A stretch of 64,000 nucleotides of DNA from Gammaproteobacteria bacterium. GTDB taxonomy: Bacteria; Pseudomonadota; Gammaproteobacteria; JAJDYQ01. Made by a program: the position numbers and the translations under genes. Position 1 is the stretch's first letter; every line of letters starts with the position of its first letter. The stretch spans positions 1,768,305 to 1,832,304 of the forward strand of contig OZ243932.1 in the NCBI GenBank assembly GCA_965214035.1, given 5' to 3'. The notes beneath the pieces are model-generated. The model searched no databases and had not been told where the DNA came from. It saw only the letters and a program-made list of their open reading frames with translations. This document shows positions 61,504 to 64,000 of this stretch, piece after piece.

Positions 61504-61749
61504 ACGGATCATGCTTCGATCATTACTGGAGATTATATCCGGTTTCTGCACGAAAAGTGAAATGGCTGGGCAGGGTCAGGCCTGATATACGGGATAACCC
61601 TCCACTATATGCGACAGTCCAAATATAGGTAATAAGCGATATTTTTAATGCGAATTATTGATAACTGTCTGGTTTTATCTTTGTTAATCTTCCGCTGTTG
61701 ATGACAGCGGCTGTCGAATAGGGTTTTTTCTACAAGGGGCGATTGGATA

Positions 61750-63429
61750 ATGGGTCAACTGGTTTTGTGGCTGCCGGCAGTTCCTCTGGCCTCGGCACTG
61801 CTGACGTTTCTGCTGGGTGGTGTGCTGGGCAAAGGCGCTGTAAGGATCAGTGCTGCAGGCGGTGTTTTGACTCTGGCATTATCAGCCTGGCTGCTGGGCC
61901 TGATTCTTCTGGGGGAGGACACGCACCTGCATATGCTCGGTACTTCCTGGGGGGGGTTATTATTCGATCCCTTAAGCGTATTGATGGCATTGCTGATAGC
62001 AGGTGTGAGCCTGCTGGTGCGTATTTACTCTATTCGCTATATGGCTGAAGAGGCCGGTTATATCAGGTTCTTCGTACTGCTCGACCTGATGACAGCCACC
62101 CTGTTGATCATGGTGGCGGCCGGCGACTTGATCACATTGCTGATTTCCTGGCATCTGATCGGTTTATTGCTTTATTTTCTGCTGGGCCATGATACCCGCA
62201 GCCATTCGGCATACCGCTATGGTTTCTGGACCCTGATTACCTATCGCATCGGCGATCTGCCACTGGTTATGGCAGCCATGCTGTTGTTTCACAGCTACGA
62301 TAGCTGGTGGCTGCCGGAAGTTTTTGCAGGAATCGCAGCCGATCCGGAGGCGGTAACTTTTCTGGGCTTACCGGTGGTGGAAGTCGCGGGAGGGCTGGTT
62401 GCATTTTCGGCATTTGCACGTTCAGCACAATTTCTGTTGCATACATGGCTGCCCTACAGCATGGAGGGACCAACTCCGGTATCGGCATTGATGCACGCTG
62501 GTATTGTAAACGCAGGCGGCATTCTGATTAACCGTTTTGCCCCGGTTTATGTCCATACCGATGGTGTATTGCACTGGGTGTTTATCGTCGGCCTGTTCAC
62601 CGCAATTATTGGTTCTGTGCTGATGTTGAGCCAGAATGATGTCAAGAAATCCCTCGGATATTCAACGATGGGACAGATGGGATTTATGGTTATGGAATGT
62701 GGCGTCGGGGCATTCTCACTGGCTGTCTTCCACTTGATCGCTCATGGTTTGTTCAAGGGAACGATGTTTCTCAACGCCGGAGGCGTTATCGGTGAGGCCC
62801 GCCGTGACGACGGTGTGCCGAAAGAAGACTTATATACCTTCGTTGTTGAGCGGCAGGCACCAACCTATAAACAGCCCTGGCCGATTATGGCAGCCATTAC
62901 ATTAGCGGTACCCATCTTTGTGTTGTTTCTATCGCACTGGGCGGTAGCGCCGGATCTGTTCCAGAAGCAGGGTGCTGTTATTCTGTTATTTTTCGGCTGG
63001 GTAACCGGGGCACAACTGCTGTTCTCAACCTATCATATAGGCACACAAAACCCTTGGCGTCTGGTTGGTCTGATTATTATCTCATTTGTGATCGTGGTGA
63101 TCGGCTATACGCTCATCAGCCATGCGTTTGATCTTTTCCTGTATCCCGATTCGGAGTTCGCCGCCCGGCTCTATCACGCCGCTGGCATTGATATACTGTC
63201 CTTTGACATACTGATTTCTATCGCTACTCTGATTATTGTCCTCGGTTGGGTGCGTGTTTATCATCAACATCGTCATCAAGATCATAAAAATAAATATCCC
63301 GGCAGCCTGTGGCTGGGTTTCTATGCGCTGATTTCACGTGAATTTTATATCAATGATCTATATTCCTGGATGAACCGCAATCTACTGTCGGCTTCCACTC
63401 GCCTCAATGTATTGCTGAGATGGGGGTAA
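61750..63429 (+). CDS. dabB: NuoL/ND5-like proton-translocating subunit, DabB-type inorganic carbon transporter
   Basis: ARSAQFLLHTWLPYSMEGPTPVSALMHAGIVNAGG, STMGQMGFM, HLIAHGLFKG; first gene of an operon, with no nuoA-K upstream. Confidence 0.75.
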   Translation: MGQLVLWLPAVPLASALLTFLLGGVLGKGAVRISAAGGVLTLALSAWLLGLILLGEDTHLHMLGTSWGGLLFDPLSVLMALLIAGVSLLVRIYSIRYMAEEAGYIRFFVLLDLMTATLLIMVAAGDLITLLISWHLIGLLLYFLLGHDTRSHSAYRYGFWTLITYRIGDLPLVMAAMLLFHSYDSWWLPEVFAGIAADPEAVTFLGLPVVEVAGGLVAFSAFARSAQFLLHTWLPYSMEGPTPVSALMHAGIVNAGGILINRFAPVYVHTDGVLHWVFIVGLFTAIIGSVLMLSQNDVKKSLGYSTMGQMGFMVMECGVGAFSLAVFHLIAHGLFKGTMFLNAGGVIGEARRDDGVPKEDLYTFVVERQAPTYKQPWPIMAAITLAVPIFVLFLSHWAVAPDLFQKQGAVILLFFGWVTGAQLLFSTYHIGTQNPWRLVGLIIISFVIVVIGYTLISHAFDLFLYPDSEFAARLYHAAGIDILSFDILISIATLIIVLGWVRVYHQHRHQDHKNKYPGSLWLGFYALISREFYINDLYSWMNRNLLSASTRLNVLLRWG

Positions 63430-64000
63430 TGGACACAAAGATATTTTTGCTGGCTGGTGTTTTCCTGCCGCTATTCCCGTTCAGTATCATTTTTAATGCC
63501 CTGTTTGAGCGTCTATCGCATCCGATATTGCGCGGTGTCATGTTGCTGTTCTGGCCTTTAATCGGCATTTATCTGTTGCAGACAGCACAGCGATCACCTC
63601 CTGACTGGATAATAATCTGGGCATCTGCCACCACTATTTTGTATGGATTCAGATTGATCTCCATGCGAGATATGGGGTTATGGATCGGTTTTCTGGCCAC
63701 CTCGGCCTGGGCATTATTATGGATGGGCTTCAATACGAATATCGATCACAACCGGCTCTATCTGTCTGCGCTTGGATTTTCCACCCCATTGATCATGCTA
63801 TTAATTTTAGCGACACATATCAAAGTCCGTTTTGGTGCGGCCTATACCTATTTATATGGCGGACTCGCAATAACCACACCACGGCTGTCGGGAGTTTTGG
63901 TGTTCACAGTGCTCGCTGCCACGGCCGCTCCGATATTTCCGGCATTTTTTATCATGTTGTACAATATTACACTGTCTGCACCGACAATGATAATCGCCAT
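63429..64000 (+). CDS. Membrane protein coupled to dabB (antiporter-like fragment), runs off window
   Basis: TAATG overlap with dabB stop; open to window end; hydrophobic, FLPLFPFS and YGGLAITTPRLSG motifs. Confidence 0.75.
   Translation, partial: MDTKIFLLAGVFLPLFPFSIIFNALFERLSHPILRGVMLLFWPLIGIYLLQTAQRSPPDWIIIWASATTILYGFRLISMRDMGLWIGFLATSAWALLWMGFNTNIDHNRLYLSALGFSTPLIMLLILATHIKVRFGAAYTYLYGGLAITTPRLSGVLVFTVLAATAAPIFPAFFIMLYNITLSAPTMIIA

Noticed and set aside
61621-61645. LysR/CbbR box upstream of dabB
   Set aside because: AT-rich with only imperfect dyad symmetry; cannot be distinguished from chance by eye
1-64000. tRNA, rRNA, CRISPR array, integrase or transposase
   Set aside because: None recognised on reading; tRNAscan-SE/Infernal would be needed to exclude small RNAs

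Overview
Chromosomal window of a gammaproteobacterium, probably a sulfur-oxidising chemolithoautotroph. That lifestyle is inferred from a sulfur-globule-envelope-like protein and a DabB-like inorganic carbon transporter operon. Most of the window is housekeeping: TRAP dctQM, ribF-ileS-lspA-fkpB, RND efflux, hemH, pcnB-folK-panB-panC, hslVU-ubiE-ubiJ-ubiB, argS, htpX, lon, a stand-alone fusA, class I fumarase, ampD and pyrC. There are two accessory defence islands, neither with a visible integrase or tRNA. Island 1 (~2.8-12.7 kb) has a FitAB/VapBC TA pair, a type I R-M system, an unannotated vsr pseudogene, a single-chain GHKL/MORC ATPase-PD-(D/E)xK nuclease and an SPPY amino-methyltransferase. 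Island 2 (~43.1-48.5 kb) has a truncated PLD-SNF2 helicase, a tandemly duplicated [hicB-lipase] unit with reciprocal gene decay, and an XRE-ImmA/IrrE + DUF4411 PIN pair. The best candidates for undescribed systems are the MORC-nuclease/MTase module and an ExbB/MotA-like plus long-coiled-coil ExbD/MotB-like motor pair lying between hemH and an RND pump. Many hidden pseudogenes (vsr, cytochrome c5, DUF4411, hicB, lipase, helicase, hlyD) suggest ongoing genome erosion. No rRNA, tRNA, CRISPR array or transposase was recognised. All calls come from motif recognition by eye; no database searches were run.
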